Below, in pieces: positions 1 to 9,800 of a DNA stretch of 46,760 nt. Both the position numbers and the translations under genes were made by a program. Within the stretch, counting starts at the first letter, position 1, and every line of letters begins with the position of its first letter. The notes under the pieces were generated by a model. The model searched no databases. It saw only the letters and a list, made by a program, of their open reading frames with translations, and had not been told where the DNA came from. Source of the DNA: a virus; the IMG/VR virus record IMGVR_UViG_3300025782_000022; one strand, written 5' to 3'.

Positions 1-127
1 AATTGCGCAATTTATTCCTGGCGGATTGTTGCCGATTACTGTTTTGACTGAAATGTTTGATATTCCAGGAATTGAAGAAGGTCAATTTTTTGCGCATTAC
101 AAGCCTTTGCCTGGAAGCACATTAGCA
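1..127. repeat. Terminal closure overlap; bases 1-127 match 46634-46760
   Basis: Compared by eye base by base: aattgcgcaatttattcctggcgg...ctggaagcacattagca occurs at both ends. This implies a circular or circularly permuted contig of 46633 bp. Confidence 0.95.
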
Positions 128-544
128 GATTGGCAGGTAGCTGAATATCCATTTTTTAGTTTGCAGATGGCGGCTAATGCGGTTGTTCAAATGCCTTTAA
201 AAGTTAGTATGCTGATGGTTTGCCCTGCGCAAAATGATGGCGGTTATTTAATCAAGCAAGCTATTTTGACCGCTTTACAAACAGAAATTCAAACGCACAT
301 ATCCCAAGGCGGTACATTTACGGTTATCACCCCTGCTTACACCTACACCAATTGCCTTTTAACAGGCATCAGGGACGTTAGTAGCGCAGGTGACAAGCAA
401 GTACAACTGATGTATCAATGGGACTTTGTACAACCTTTAATTACCGTTACTGGGGCATTGCAGGTTTTGGGGTCGCTATTGCAGAACATTGGTGCAGGTA
501 ATCCAGTACCTACTAATATAACTTCTACTATATCAAGTTGGTAA
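1..544 (+). CDS. 3' part of the same wrap-around gene (hypothetical tail/baseplate protein)
   Basis: The frame of ORF 26..544 is open from position 2 and in phase with the ATG at 46566. It lies between the tape measure and the baseplate genes. Confidence 0.8.
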   Translation, partial: IAQFIPGGLLPITVLTEMFDIPGIEEGQFFAHYKPLPGSTLADWQVAEYPFFSLQMAANAVVQMPLKVSMLMVCPAQNDGGYLIKQAILTALQTEIQTHISQGGTFTVITPAYTYTNCLLTGIRDVSSAGDKQVQLMYQWDFVQPLITVTGALQVLGSLLQNIGAGNPVPTNITSTISSW

Positions 545-545
545 T

Positions 546-818
546 ATGACTACATTCGTTGCATTTAACCCATCGCCAAATCAGCCGTTTCAATTTAATC
601 CTACTTTGGATGGTCAAACGTACATTGCAACTTGTACTTGGAATGTTTATGGGCAAAGGTATTGCGTCAATATTTATAACAATTTTAGGACTTTAATCGT
701 TAGCAGACCAATTATTTCATCTCCTGATGATTATGATATTAATCTGGTGTTTGGTTATTTCACTACTTCATCTTTGGTTTACAGAGCAAGTAGTGGAAAC
801 TTTGAGATTAATCCATAA
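546..818 (+). CDS. Hypothetical tail/baseplate-module protein (90 aa)
   Basis: ORF tightly packed between neighbouring structural genes (1-nt gaps). Confidence 0.7.
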   Translation: MTTFVAFNPSPNQPFQFNPTLDGQTYIATCTWNVYGQRYCVNIYNNFRTLIVSRPIISSPDDYDINLVFGYFTTSSLVYRASSGNFEINP

Positions 819-1820
819 ATGCGTTTTTACAACATTGTCATAAGCCCAGGATCGCAAAGTCAAACGGCTTTTCTACCTATAACCTATTCTTCAATGGTTA
901 TACCTGGTATTGTGCCAACTGGATTAGACAATACATCAGCACTCAGAGTCGATTTAGATATTTTTCAAACTTGGTATCATCAGCCGTCACAAATTGGAAC
1001 GGTCAGGATTTATGGCGTTTCATTCCAAGATTTAAACCAATCTGCTAATTTTAACGGCGCAAAAATTCAAATTTCTGTTGGAATGTCTGCGGGGTTGCCT
1101 TTTGCAGATCAATTTCAAGCAGGATTAATTATTGATGGAACAGTAATTCAGGCGTTCGGAAATTGGCAAGGAACTCAAGTTGTTCTTAATTTGCAAGTCG
1201 CCCCCGCAACCTATAACCCAAGTGCTAATGCCAACATCATTTTGGATTGGAAAATGGGTCAACCATTACAGTCAGCCGTTGAAAGTTCTTTGTCAATATC
1301 TTATCCAGGCGTTCCAGTTTATGGAGAATTTAGCCCAAATCTTGTATATACAGAAAATGTAACTGGTTACTATCCTAATTTGGAATCATTTTGCAAATGG
1401 GTTAACGACACTAGCAAAAATATTATTAAATTACCAAATTACATTGGCGCAAGTGTGGCTAATTCTGCCATTGGCTTTGTTTTGACGGACGGAACAACAC
1501 CTGCAACTGAATCAGCGGCTATCAATTATTGGGATTTAATTGGTAATATTACTTGGATTGATGTTGCTACCGTTCAAGCAAAATTGGTTATGAGGGCGGA
1601 TTTGAATATTGGAGATAGCATTATCTTTCCTGCGGGAAGCCCAATTACAAATACAGTTGCAAGTTTTTCTCAATATAGAAATCTTGTTTCCTTTGATGGC
1701 ATTTTTACAATAACGCAGATACGTCATGTTGGAAATAGTCGCCAAGCAGATGCAAACAGTTGGGTAACTATTATTGATTGCGTTATTCCTGGCGTGCCTT
1801 TAACATTGGATGAATTATGA
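819..1820 (+). CDS. Putative baseplate hub-like / tail protein (333 aa)
   Basis: Sits upstream of the spike-like gene and overlaps the next start by 4 nt. The function is guessed from synteny only. Confidence 0.6.
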   Translation: MRFYNIVISPGSQSQTAFLPITYSSMVIPGIVPTGLDNTSALRVDLDIFQTWYHQPSQIGTVRIYGVSFQDLNQSANFNGAKIQISVGMSAGLPFADQFQAGLIIDGTVIQAFGNWQGTQVVLNLQVAPATYNPSANANIILDWKMGQPLQSAVESSLSISYPGVPVYGEFSPNLVYTENVTGYYPNLESFCKWVNDTSKNIIKLPNYIGASVANSAIGFVLTDGTTPATESAAINYWDLIGNITWIDVATVQAKLVMRADLNIGDSIIFPAGSPITNTVASFSQYRNLVSFDGIFTITQIRHVGNSRQADANSWVTIIDCVIPGVPLTLDEL

Positions 1821-2461
1821 GCCAGGCACAAAAAACACCGTTTGCGAGGACGATGAATGATTTTTCTCAACAAAAGATTGAGAATAATATTAATTCGCTT
1901 GGGAAAGTATTACCTTGTTCGGTCGTTTCTGTTGAAGGGGCAATTGTTACGGTCAATTTTGAGGTTTACAGTACATTAAATACCCCATTACCCCCAGTAA
2001 CTTGCGCAACTATTGGAAGCCAATATATTCGTACCCCCATACAAGTAGGTGATTTGGGAATTTGTATTTCGGCAGATGTTCGACTTGGTGGAATTAATGG
2101 ATTGGGAGCAGGTTTAGCCCCCTTAGATTCACCTGCAAGCAATTTGGGTGCTTTGGTATTTGTTCCAATTGGAAGTTCTTTGTGGGAAGAAGTAAACCCC
2201 TTGGCGGTAGTTATTCAAGCACCAGATGGGGCAAGTCTTGCAGATACCGCAGGTGATAATTCTATTGTGGTTACAAATACTGGAATTCAAGTATCTAGTT
2301 CAACAAGCCTTACTTTATCGGTCGGTTCTAATACAATCTCAATAACATCATCTGGAATAAGTATTACTGGTACTTTGACCATAAACGGCAAACCATTCTT
2401 GGCGCACCAACATACTGGAGTTACCACAGGAAGCGGTGTTTCAGGGGGAGTATCACCATGA
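1817..2461 (+). CDS. Baseplate assembly protein V-like / central spike
   Basis: C-terminal beta-helix-like repeats (SLTLSVGSNTISITSSGISITGTLTING) are followed by AHQHTGVTTGSGVSGGV, the HxH...G.T tail typical of gpV/Mu gp45-type spikes. Position fits the baseplate operon. Confidence 0.6.
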   Translation: MSQAQKTPFARTMNDFSQQKIENNINSLGKVLPCSVVSVEGAIVTVNFEVYSTLNTPLPPVTCATIGSQYIRTPIQVGDLGICISADVRLGGINGLGAGLAPLDSPASNLGALVFVPIGSSLWEEVNPLAVVIQAPDGASLADTAGDNSIVVTNTGIQVSSSTSLTLSVGSNTISITSSGISITGTLTINGKPFLAHQHTGVTTGSGVSGGVSP

Positions 2462-2778
2462 GAAGCTACGGACAAGATCAAAACGGAAATTGGGTAGAAA
2501 TTACCGAAACTTCTTATATTTGGTTGGCAACATTGATTCAAACTTTGCGCTTAACCCAAGGGGAAAGCCCAGTTTATGGAAATTACGGCATACCAGGGCA
2601 AAACTCTGTTATGACCCAAATTGCGCCTGATGTTGCCTTAAATAGAACACAATCCCAGTTCGCACCTTATTTTGCAAGTTTAACAATTCTTAGACAACAA
2701 AACGCAACGCAACCAACTTACAATATTAAGGCGGTTTTCCAAAATGGGACGACAATCCAAACTACGGTAGTGAGTTAA
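2458..2778 (+). CDS. Small baseplate protein (106 aa; gpW/gp25-position)
   Basis: ATGA overlap with the upstream gene. It occupies the slot between the spike and the J-like wedge protein. Assignment is by synteny only. Confidence 0.5.
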   Translation: MRSYGQDQNGNWVEITETSYIWLATLIQTLRLTQGESPVYGNYGIPGQNSVMTQIAPDVALNRTQSQFAPYFASLTILRQQNATQPTYNIKAVFQNGTTIQTTVVS

Positions 2779-2781
2779 AAA

Positions 2782-4407
2782 ATGGCACAACTAACAACGG
2801 CAGGTGCAGTACCAACTAGCCCAACGGATTTATTAAACGCAGAAATAGCGGCGGCAACCGCATTATCCCCAGGATTGACCGCAAATTTGCCTGGTTCACT
2901 TGTCGAAGATATGGCATCAACCGCAGTCGGTGCGGTAGTTATTCAAGATCAAGCATTTGTTGACTTGGTTAATTCGATTTCCCCCTATACCGCTAACCCA
3001 TTTATTCTTTACGAATTGGGTGCGGTTTACGGCGTTACGCAAGGCGTAGGCAATAATACATCGGTTTATGTAACTTTTATTGGTACGCCTGGGTTTGTAA
3101 TTAGTGCAGGATTTGTTGTTTCTGATGGAACGCATCAATACACAGTACAAGACGGTGGAATTGTTTCTGCAAGTGGTCAAAGTGCCGCCCTTTACTGTTT
3201 GGCAAATAATGCAGGTTCTTGGGCAGTTCCAATTGGTACAGTCACAACTATCGTTACTTCCATACCATCAGGAGTTACCCTAACTTGCACAAATGAATCG
3301 GCAGGTGTTCCAGGCGCAACTGCTCAAACAATTCAAAGCTATCAGGCGCAAGTAATTCAGGCGGGACAAGCAATTGCCACAGGTATGCCAACATTCCTGA
3401 AAACTCAACTTCAAAAAGTATCGGGAGTTCAGCCAAATTTAATTTCTGTACGTCAACCAACATCTGGTACGGCTTGGGAAGTTATTGTTGGCGGTGGAGA
3501 CCCTTACGAAGTGGCAAATGCCATTTATACAGGATTGTTTGATATTTCTAATCTGGTTGGTTCTACTTTTCAAGTAACCAACATTACAAACGCATACCCC
3601 GCCGTTGTGACGATTAATCTGAATCATGGCTACACAACTGGTCAAGTTGTTCAAATTACTGGCGAAACTGGAATGTCAAACGTCAATGGCAATAATTTTG
3701 TTGCTATCGTTATTGATGAAAAAACTTTTAGCCTTAATGTAAAAATTTCAACCATAACTTGGTCAGGTGGTACGGTTACAGTTACAACAGCTTCCCCTCA
3801 TGGATTGCCAACTGGAACAACTTCGGGAACGATTTACGGATGTACCCCAAGTGCTTACAACGGTTCTTACACATTCACAAGAACAGGCGCAAGCACCTTT
3901 ACTTATCCTTTGGCATCAAACCCTGGAACTGCTACGGTTTTGGGTTATACGCCCTTTGATTCGGCTTCTCAAGGGGCTTGGACAAGCGGGGGTGTGGTAA
4001 CTCCTAACTTTAGGAATGTAACGGTATCAATCAATAATTACCCCGATACTTACAACATTACTTTTGTAAACCCTCCTCCTCAAACGGTGACGGTTACATT
4101 GCTTTGGAATACCATTGCGGTTAACTATGTATCAACAACTGCAATTGCTTCTACTGGCATACCTGCAATTGTTGCTTATATCAATTCAATTCCAGTAGGT
4201 CAGCCAATTAGTATTTTTGATTTACAAATGGCATTTACGACTGCGGTAGCTTCGTTATTAAATGTTAGCCTAATTTCAGAAATGCAATTTACAATAACAA
4301 TCAATGGGATAACAACTTCACCATCAAGTGGTCAGGGAGTAATTTATGGAGACCCTGAAAGTTATTTTGAAACGACTAATGGTTTGGTAACTATTACACA
4401 AGTATGA
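2782..4407 (+). CDS. Baseplate J-like wedge protein with two inserted small beta domains
   Basis: 541 aa with a J-like N-terminal region. It carries an insert ...ITNAYPAVVTINLNHGYTTGQVVQITG...FVAIVIDEKTFSL and a second insert, ITWSGGTVTVTTASPHGLPTG...YNGSYTFT, that is shared with two other virion proteins. Confidence 0.6.
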   Translation: MAQLTTAGAVPTSPTDLLNAEIAAATALSPGLTANLPGSLVEDMASTAVGAVVIQDQAFVDLVNSISPYTANPFILYELGAVYGVTQGVGNNTSVYVTFIGTPGFVISAGFVVSDGTHQYTVQDGGIVSASGQSAALYCLANNAGSWAVPIGTVTTIVTSIPSGVTLTCTNESAGVPGATAQTIQSYQAQVIQAGQAIATGMPTFLKTQLQKVSGVQPNLISVRQPTSGTAWEVIVGGGDPYEVANAIYTGLFDISNLVGSTFQVTNITNAYPAVVTINLNHGYTTGQVVQITGETGMSNVNGNNFVAIVIDEKTFSLNVKISTITWSGGTVTVTTASPHGLPTGTTSGTIYGCTPSAYNGSYTFTRTGASTFTYPLASNPGTATVLGYTPFDSASQGAWTSGGVVTPNFRNVTVSINNYPDTYNITFVNPPPQTVTVTLLWNTIAVNYVSTTAIASTGIPAIVAYINSIPVGQPISIFDLQMAFTTAVASLLNVSLISEMQFTITINGITTSPSSGQGVIYGDPESYFETTNGLVTITQV

Positions 4408-5333
4408 TTTCCCAAATACTACCTGCTTATCTTTACCAACAATACCAGGGTGGTACTGCGCCCCCTGCTTTTACAAATGGTCAATCAGCGATTGCGGGAT
4501 TTGGTATTGCAGGAGAAGCTATTGCAGGTGCAAGTTCATTAACTCAGCCAGTTCCTTATGTTGAATCATTCTTTGATGCTTATAACGCAACTGCACAAAG
4601 TTACTTAGATCAAATTAATTCACTTAATTTGCCAATCTATACAAAATTAAGTTATCCATTATTAGATTGGGTTGGAAATTCTTTGTACGGTCAGCCTCGT
4701 CCTACTTTGACGTTGAACAATATTCAATTGGTCGGCGGTACTTACAACGCTGATTTGTACGATACCCAGGTTTATGACGGCGTAAAGATTCAAATTAATG
4801 GTATTGCAATTACTGCTATTAGTTGGACAAATGGAATTGTTACGGTCACAACTTCTGCATCTATCGCAGTTCCAACAGGCGTACAGTTTGTTGGATACAT
4901 TTACGGATGTACTCCTAATGCGTATAACGGTTTATATCAATGTACTCAAACTGGAACTTATACCTTTACCTATAATTTATTAAATAATCCAGGTAGTGAA
5001 ACAGTTCTAGGAATTGTTCAATTATCTGCCGAAACTGTAAGTGATGACATTTACCAAAGATGTATTACTTGGAATTTCTATAAAGGCGATGGATTTCAAT
5101 TTAATATTAATTGGCTAAAAAGAAGAATAATTAGATTCTTAACAGGCGCAAATGGCGTTGCACCTGAGATTGATAACACCTACAATGTCAGCGTAACTTT
5201 TCAATCTGGAAACAATGTTCTAATCACGATTCCAAATACTTTTGAATCTTCGGTGGCTATTTATTTAGCATCGGCTTTGAATTCAGGAGTATTACAACTG
5301 CCGTTCCAGTACATTTTTACAATTGCTTATTAA
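4404..5333 (+). CDS. Baseplate / fibre-adaptor protein (309 aa)
   Basis: ATGA overlap with the J-like gene. It contains the shared domain ISWTNGIVTVTTSASIAVPTG...YNGLYQCTQTGTYTFTY. Confidence 0.6.
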   Translation: MISQILPAYLYQQYQGGTAPPAFTNGQSAIAGFGIAGEAIAGASSLTQPVPYVESFFDAYNATAQSYLDQINSLNLPIYTKLSYPLLDWVGNSLYGQPRPTLTLNNIQLVGGTYNADLYDTQVYDGVKIQINGIAITAISWTNGIVTVTTSASIAVPTGVQFVGYIYGCTPNAYNGLYQCTQTGTYTFTYNLLNNPGSETVLGIVQLSAETVSDDIYQRCITWNFYKGDGFQFNINWLKRRIIRFLTGANGVAPEIDNTYNVSVTFQSGNNVLITIPNTFESSVAIYLASALNSGVLQLPFQYIFTIAY

Positions 5334-5342
5334 AGGGTTAGT

Positions 5343-6569
5343 ATGTCTGTTTTAATATTTGCTAACAACGCTAAAACAACCCTTTCAAGTGCGTTGACCA
5401 GTTCTGCTACGACTGTAAATGTGGCATCAGGAACAGGCTCATTGTTCCCCAATCCATCTGGAACACAATATTTCATTTTGACTTTGGTCGATGCGGCAAC
5501 TGGTTTGCTTAATGAAATCATGTGGTGTACTGCTAGATCAGGCGATTCTTTAACAGTCGTTCGTGGTCAAGAAGGCACTACTGCAAAATCCTGGTTGCTT
5601 GGTGATTATGTAAATTGTTTTCCAACTGCGGGAACGCAAGCTACTTTTGTTCAGCCTGACCAAGTTCAAAAAGGGACTTATGGTTTTGCAACTGCCGCAG
5701 GAACTGTAAACGCATTAACTGCATCTGTTGCATCTGATTTGAGTTCAATGCCTGACGGTATGCCCATGATTGTTGAGGCAACTGGTGCAAATACTGGGGC
5801 GGTTACTCTTAATTTGACGATGGGAAGCACAATTACTGGAGTTTTCCCAGTAGTTAAAGGAAGCAATAGTGCTTTGGTTGCAGGTGATATACCGATTGCA
5901 GGTTATCCAATTCAATTAAATTGGTCGTTAACTCTCAATTCTTGGGTTATTCAAAATCCTGCATTGGGTATTGATACGATTCCCACAGGCGTAATTTTCA
6001 CATTTCCTTGTACAACTGCACCCGCAGGATATTTAATTGCTGAAGGACAATTGGTTTCAAGAACTACTTATGCAAAACTTTGGGCATTTGCTCAGAGTTC
6101 TGGAAATATTGCGGCAAGTGATGGCGCATGGGTTCAAGGTCAATTTAGCCCTGGCGATGGTTCTACTACTTTTAGGCTTCCACAATTAGGTGGATATTTT
6201 ATTAGGGTTTTAGATAACGGCAATGGAATAGACCCAGGTCGTTCAATTGGAACGGTGCAAGGCGGTCAAAACGTATCCCATACGCATACTGCTTCAGTAA
6301 CTGACCCTGGTCATACTCATGCCGTAAATTTTAATGACCCAGGCCACCATCACACATACGGGTTAAGTGGAAATCAAAATCAAACTTTATCTGGTGGGCC
6401 AAGTCTAGCAAATTTAGGTGTTACAACAACTAACACAAGTACAGAATTTACTAATATTTCAGTATCAAACGCAACCAATACAACAAGCATTTCAGTCACA
6501 AACTCATCTCAAGGGGGGTCTGAAACAAGACCTATTAACATTGCTTATTTATATTGCATCAAGTATTAA
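5343..6569 (+). CDS. Tail fibre protein with phage tail-collar domain and HxH metal-site repeats
   Basis: Collar-domain pattern GVIFTFPCTTAPAGYLIAEGQLVSRTTYAKLWAF...TTFRLPQLGGYFIRV, followed by SHTHTASVTDPGHTHAVNFNDPGHHHTY. The N-terminal roughly 95 aa is paralogous to the 6857 fibre. Confidence 0.8.
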   Translation: MSVLIFANNAKTTLSSALTSSATTVNVASGTGSLFPNPSGTQYFILTLVDAATGLLNEIMWCTARSGDSLTVVRGQEGTTAKSWLLGDYVNCFPTAGTQATFVQPDQVQKGTYGFATAAGTVNALTASVASDLSSMPDGMPMIVEATGANTGAVTLNLTMGSTITGVFPVVKGSNSALVAGDIPIAGYPIQLNWSLTLNSWVIQNPALGIDTIPTGVIFTFPCTTAPAGYLIAEGQLVSRTTYAKLWAFAQSSGNIAASDGAWVQGQFSPGDGSTTFRLPQLGGYFIRVLDNGNGIDPGRSIGTVQGGQNVSHTHTASVTDPGHTHAVNFNDPGHHHTYGLSGNQNQTLSGGPSLANLGVTTTNTSTEFTNISVSNATNTTSISVTNSSQGGSETRPINIAYLYCIKY

Positions 6570-6578
6570 GGAGTTATC

Positions 6579-6857
6579 ATGTCAACATTAAATTATGGAA
6601 GCCCAATTACAGGCACGTTAGCGACAACAACTGCCGTTGCAACAATTCCTAATACACCCTTTCCTTTGACTATTGTTTTAAATTCTGCCGCAGGTGGTAG
6701 AGCAATTCAATTGTCAGTTGACAATGGTGCAACTTATTATTCAGCAGTAACACCAACTGCGACACAAACAGGACAAATTTATTACGTTTTGACTTTCCCA
6801 GTTACCAATATTAAATTTACTGGTGCGGCTAACGACACTTATTCAATTTTGTCTTAA
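6579..6857 (+). CDS. Hypothetical protein between fibre genes (92 aa)
   Basis: SD aaggag upstream and a TAATG overlap with the next gene. Confidence 0.6.
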   Translation: MSTLNYGSPITGTLATTTAVATIPNTPFPLTIVLNSAAGGRAIQLSVDNGATYYSAVTPTATQTGQIYYVLTFPVTNIKFTGAANDTYSILS

Positions 6858-9800
6858 TGTATAACTTAACCCTTTTATTTGCAAATCAGGCGCAAACAAC
6901 GCTTGCGTTGCCAGTTTCCAGTACGGCTACGACTATTCAGGTCGCAAGTGGTACAGGTTCTTTTTTTCCTGCGCCTGGTGCAAATCAAGGGTTATTGTTA
7001 ACCTTAGTTAATGCGACAAATCAATTAATTGTTGAAATTGTTCTTTGCACAAATATAACAGGCGATGTTTTAACTGTTCAAAGAGCGCAAGAAAGTACGG
7101 TCGCACAATCTTGGAGTAGGGGTGATTTTGTCATCAACATGATGACTTCAGGAACTGCAAACACTTTTCCTCAATTGTATGGATTGGAAAACCAACTTTA
7201 TAGCGCATCTTTTATCAGCATGGCAACCGAAACTGGTCAGGTTACTACCTTGCCAGTTAACGCCAATGATTTGGCAAACAAACAATATGTTGATTCGGTC
7301 AGCGGTGCGGCGGCTTCTAAATATGAGTGCCAATGCGCAACAACTGCAAATATCACCCTTTCAGGCTTGCAAACGCTTGATGGATACACAACTTTAGCCA
7401 ACGATAGGGTATTGGTCAAAAACCAAAACAACAATGCTTATAACGGTATTTGGGTTGCTAGTACGACTGCTTGGATTAGATCAAGCGATATGGATAATTG
7501 GTCGCAAGTTCCAGGTGCTACTACTTTTGTGCAAAATGGCACGTTGTATGCTAATACTGGTTGGGTGGCTATTACTTCAGAAACTGGTACGATTAATACA
7601 ACGCCTATTATTTGGAGTCAGTTTAGTGGTCAAGGAACATATACCGCAGGAACAGGGCTTACCCTCACAGGAACACAATTTAGCATTACAAATACTGGTG
7701 TTACCCCTGGTTCTTACGGTGTGGCTAGTTCTGTTCCTACTTTGGTTATTAATTCGCAAGGACAAGTAACAGGCGCATCTAATACGCTGATTAGCATTTC
7801 TGCGGGACAGATTAACTCAGCAATTCCAAATTCTGGACTTGCCAACAGTTCGATCACAATTGGGTCAACTTCGGTTTCTTTGGGTGGTACGCTGACAACC
7901 CTTGCAGGTACGTCTATTAGTGGTTCTACTAATACGTTGACCAACATACCCAATTCAGCCTTGGTTAATAGTTCTATCACCATCAACGGCAACAATGTAT
8001 CGCTTGGCGGTAGTACAACGGTGACGGCGGTTAATCCTTATGCTTTAACCATTGGCTCTGGTTTGACTGGCACAAGCTACAACGGTTCAGCGGCGGTCAC
8101 AATTGCCCTGGCAAATGTCGGAACGGCAGGAACATACGGTTCAGCAGGTTCTACGGCGGTTATTACGACCAATGCTTATGGTCAGGTCAGTTCAGCAACT
8201 ACAACAAGCATCAGCATTTCACCTGCTCAGATTAACGCAACAATTCCAAATTCAGGGCTTACTTATTCAAGCATTACGATTAATGGCGATGCGGTCAGCC
8301 TTGGCGGTTCAATTACTGTTACTGCTGATGTACCCTATTCGCTGACTGCGGGAACAGGATTGTCGGGAGGTTCTTTTAACGGCTCTGCACCAGTTACATT
8401 TGCCATCGCTAATACTGCGGTTACGGCGGGGTCATACGGTTCTGCAAGCAATACTTTGGAAGCAACGGTTAACGCCCAGGGACAATTAACGGCTTTGTCA
8501 GCGGTATCAATCAGCATCGCCCCAAGTCAAATTAATGCGACTATACCCAATTCAGGACTGACGAATTCATCCATCACCATCAATGGAAACAACGTCAGTT
8601 TAGGCGGTAGCACGACCGTAACTGCTGATACACCCAATAGCCTCACTTTTAATAATGGTGGCTCTGGTGCGGCATCTGGCACGACCTTTAACGGTTCTTC
8701 TGCTCAAACTATTTCATATAACACCATCGGTGCTTCACCTTTGGCGGGTTCGACCAGTTTAACGACTGTTGGCACAATCACAACTGGAACTTGGAATGGA
8801 AGCGCAATTGCCAATTCCTACCTTGCAAATTCATCTGTTACCTACAACGGCGTTAATGTTGCTCTAGGTGCTTCAGGAACGATTACCGCTAATACTACAA
8901 ACGCATTAACGATTGGAACTGGTCTTAGCGGAACATCTTTTAACGGTTCTGCGCCAGTAACGATTGCGATTGCAAATTCAGGCGTAACGGCGGGTTCTTA
9001 CGGTTCAAGTGCGGTAATACCAGTTATTACGGTCAATTCGCAGGGGCAAATCACAAGTATTAGCACTCAGGCAACAAATGCACCCACTTATCAGGGCACT
9101 TGGAACGCATCAACAAACAACCCAACTTTAACTTCTAGCGTTGGAACTCAAGGGTATTATTACGTTGTTAGCGTTGCAGGTACAACCACTTTAAACGGTG
9201 TATCTGATTGGAACGTGGGTGATTGGGCAATATTTAGCGGTGGTGTTTGGGAGAAAGTACCAGGTTCTAATACTGAATCCTTTACAAATCTCACGACAAC
9301 CAATTTGGCGGTTACTGGTCTTACTGGCTATATGTATGCCAATAATACAAGTGGTAACGTAACTGCAAGCACAACGATTCCTACAACGGCTTTGTCGGGC
9401 ACAATCACAAATGCTCAACTTGCCAACTCAACCATTTCAGGCGTGTCCCTTGGTTCTAATCTTAATGCGCTGACCATTGGAACTGGACTTTCGGGAACTT
9501 CTTACAACGGTTCTGGTGCAGTTACGGTTTCAATTACAAATACTGCGGTTAGCGCAGGTTCATACGGTTCAGCATCAGCAGTTGGAACTTTTACGGTAAA
9601 CGCACAAGGTCAATTGACTGCGGCAGGTAGTACCACTATTTCGATTGCGCCAAGTCAAATTAACGCTACGATTCCAAATAGCGGTTTGACTTATTCAAGT
9701 ATTACTATCAATGGTAATTCTGTTAGCTTGGGTGGTTCAACCACAATTACGGCAGATATTCCAAATAGTTTGACGTTCAACAATAGTGGAACAGGCGCAT

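Noticed and set aside
1-127. The 127-bp terminal duplication, considered as a genuine direct terminal repeat
   Set aside because: It cuts through the middle of a coding sequence that is only complete when the ends are joined. Its length equals a typical assembler k-mer. I treat it as a circular-closure artefact pending read-terminus analysis.
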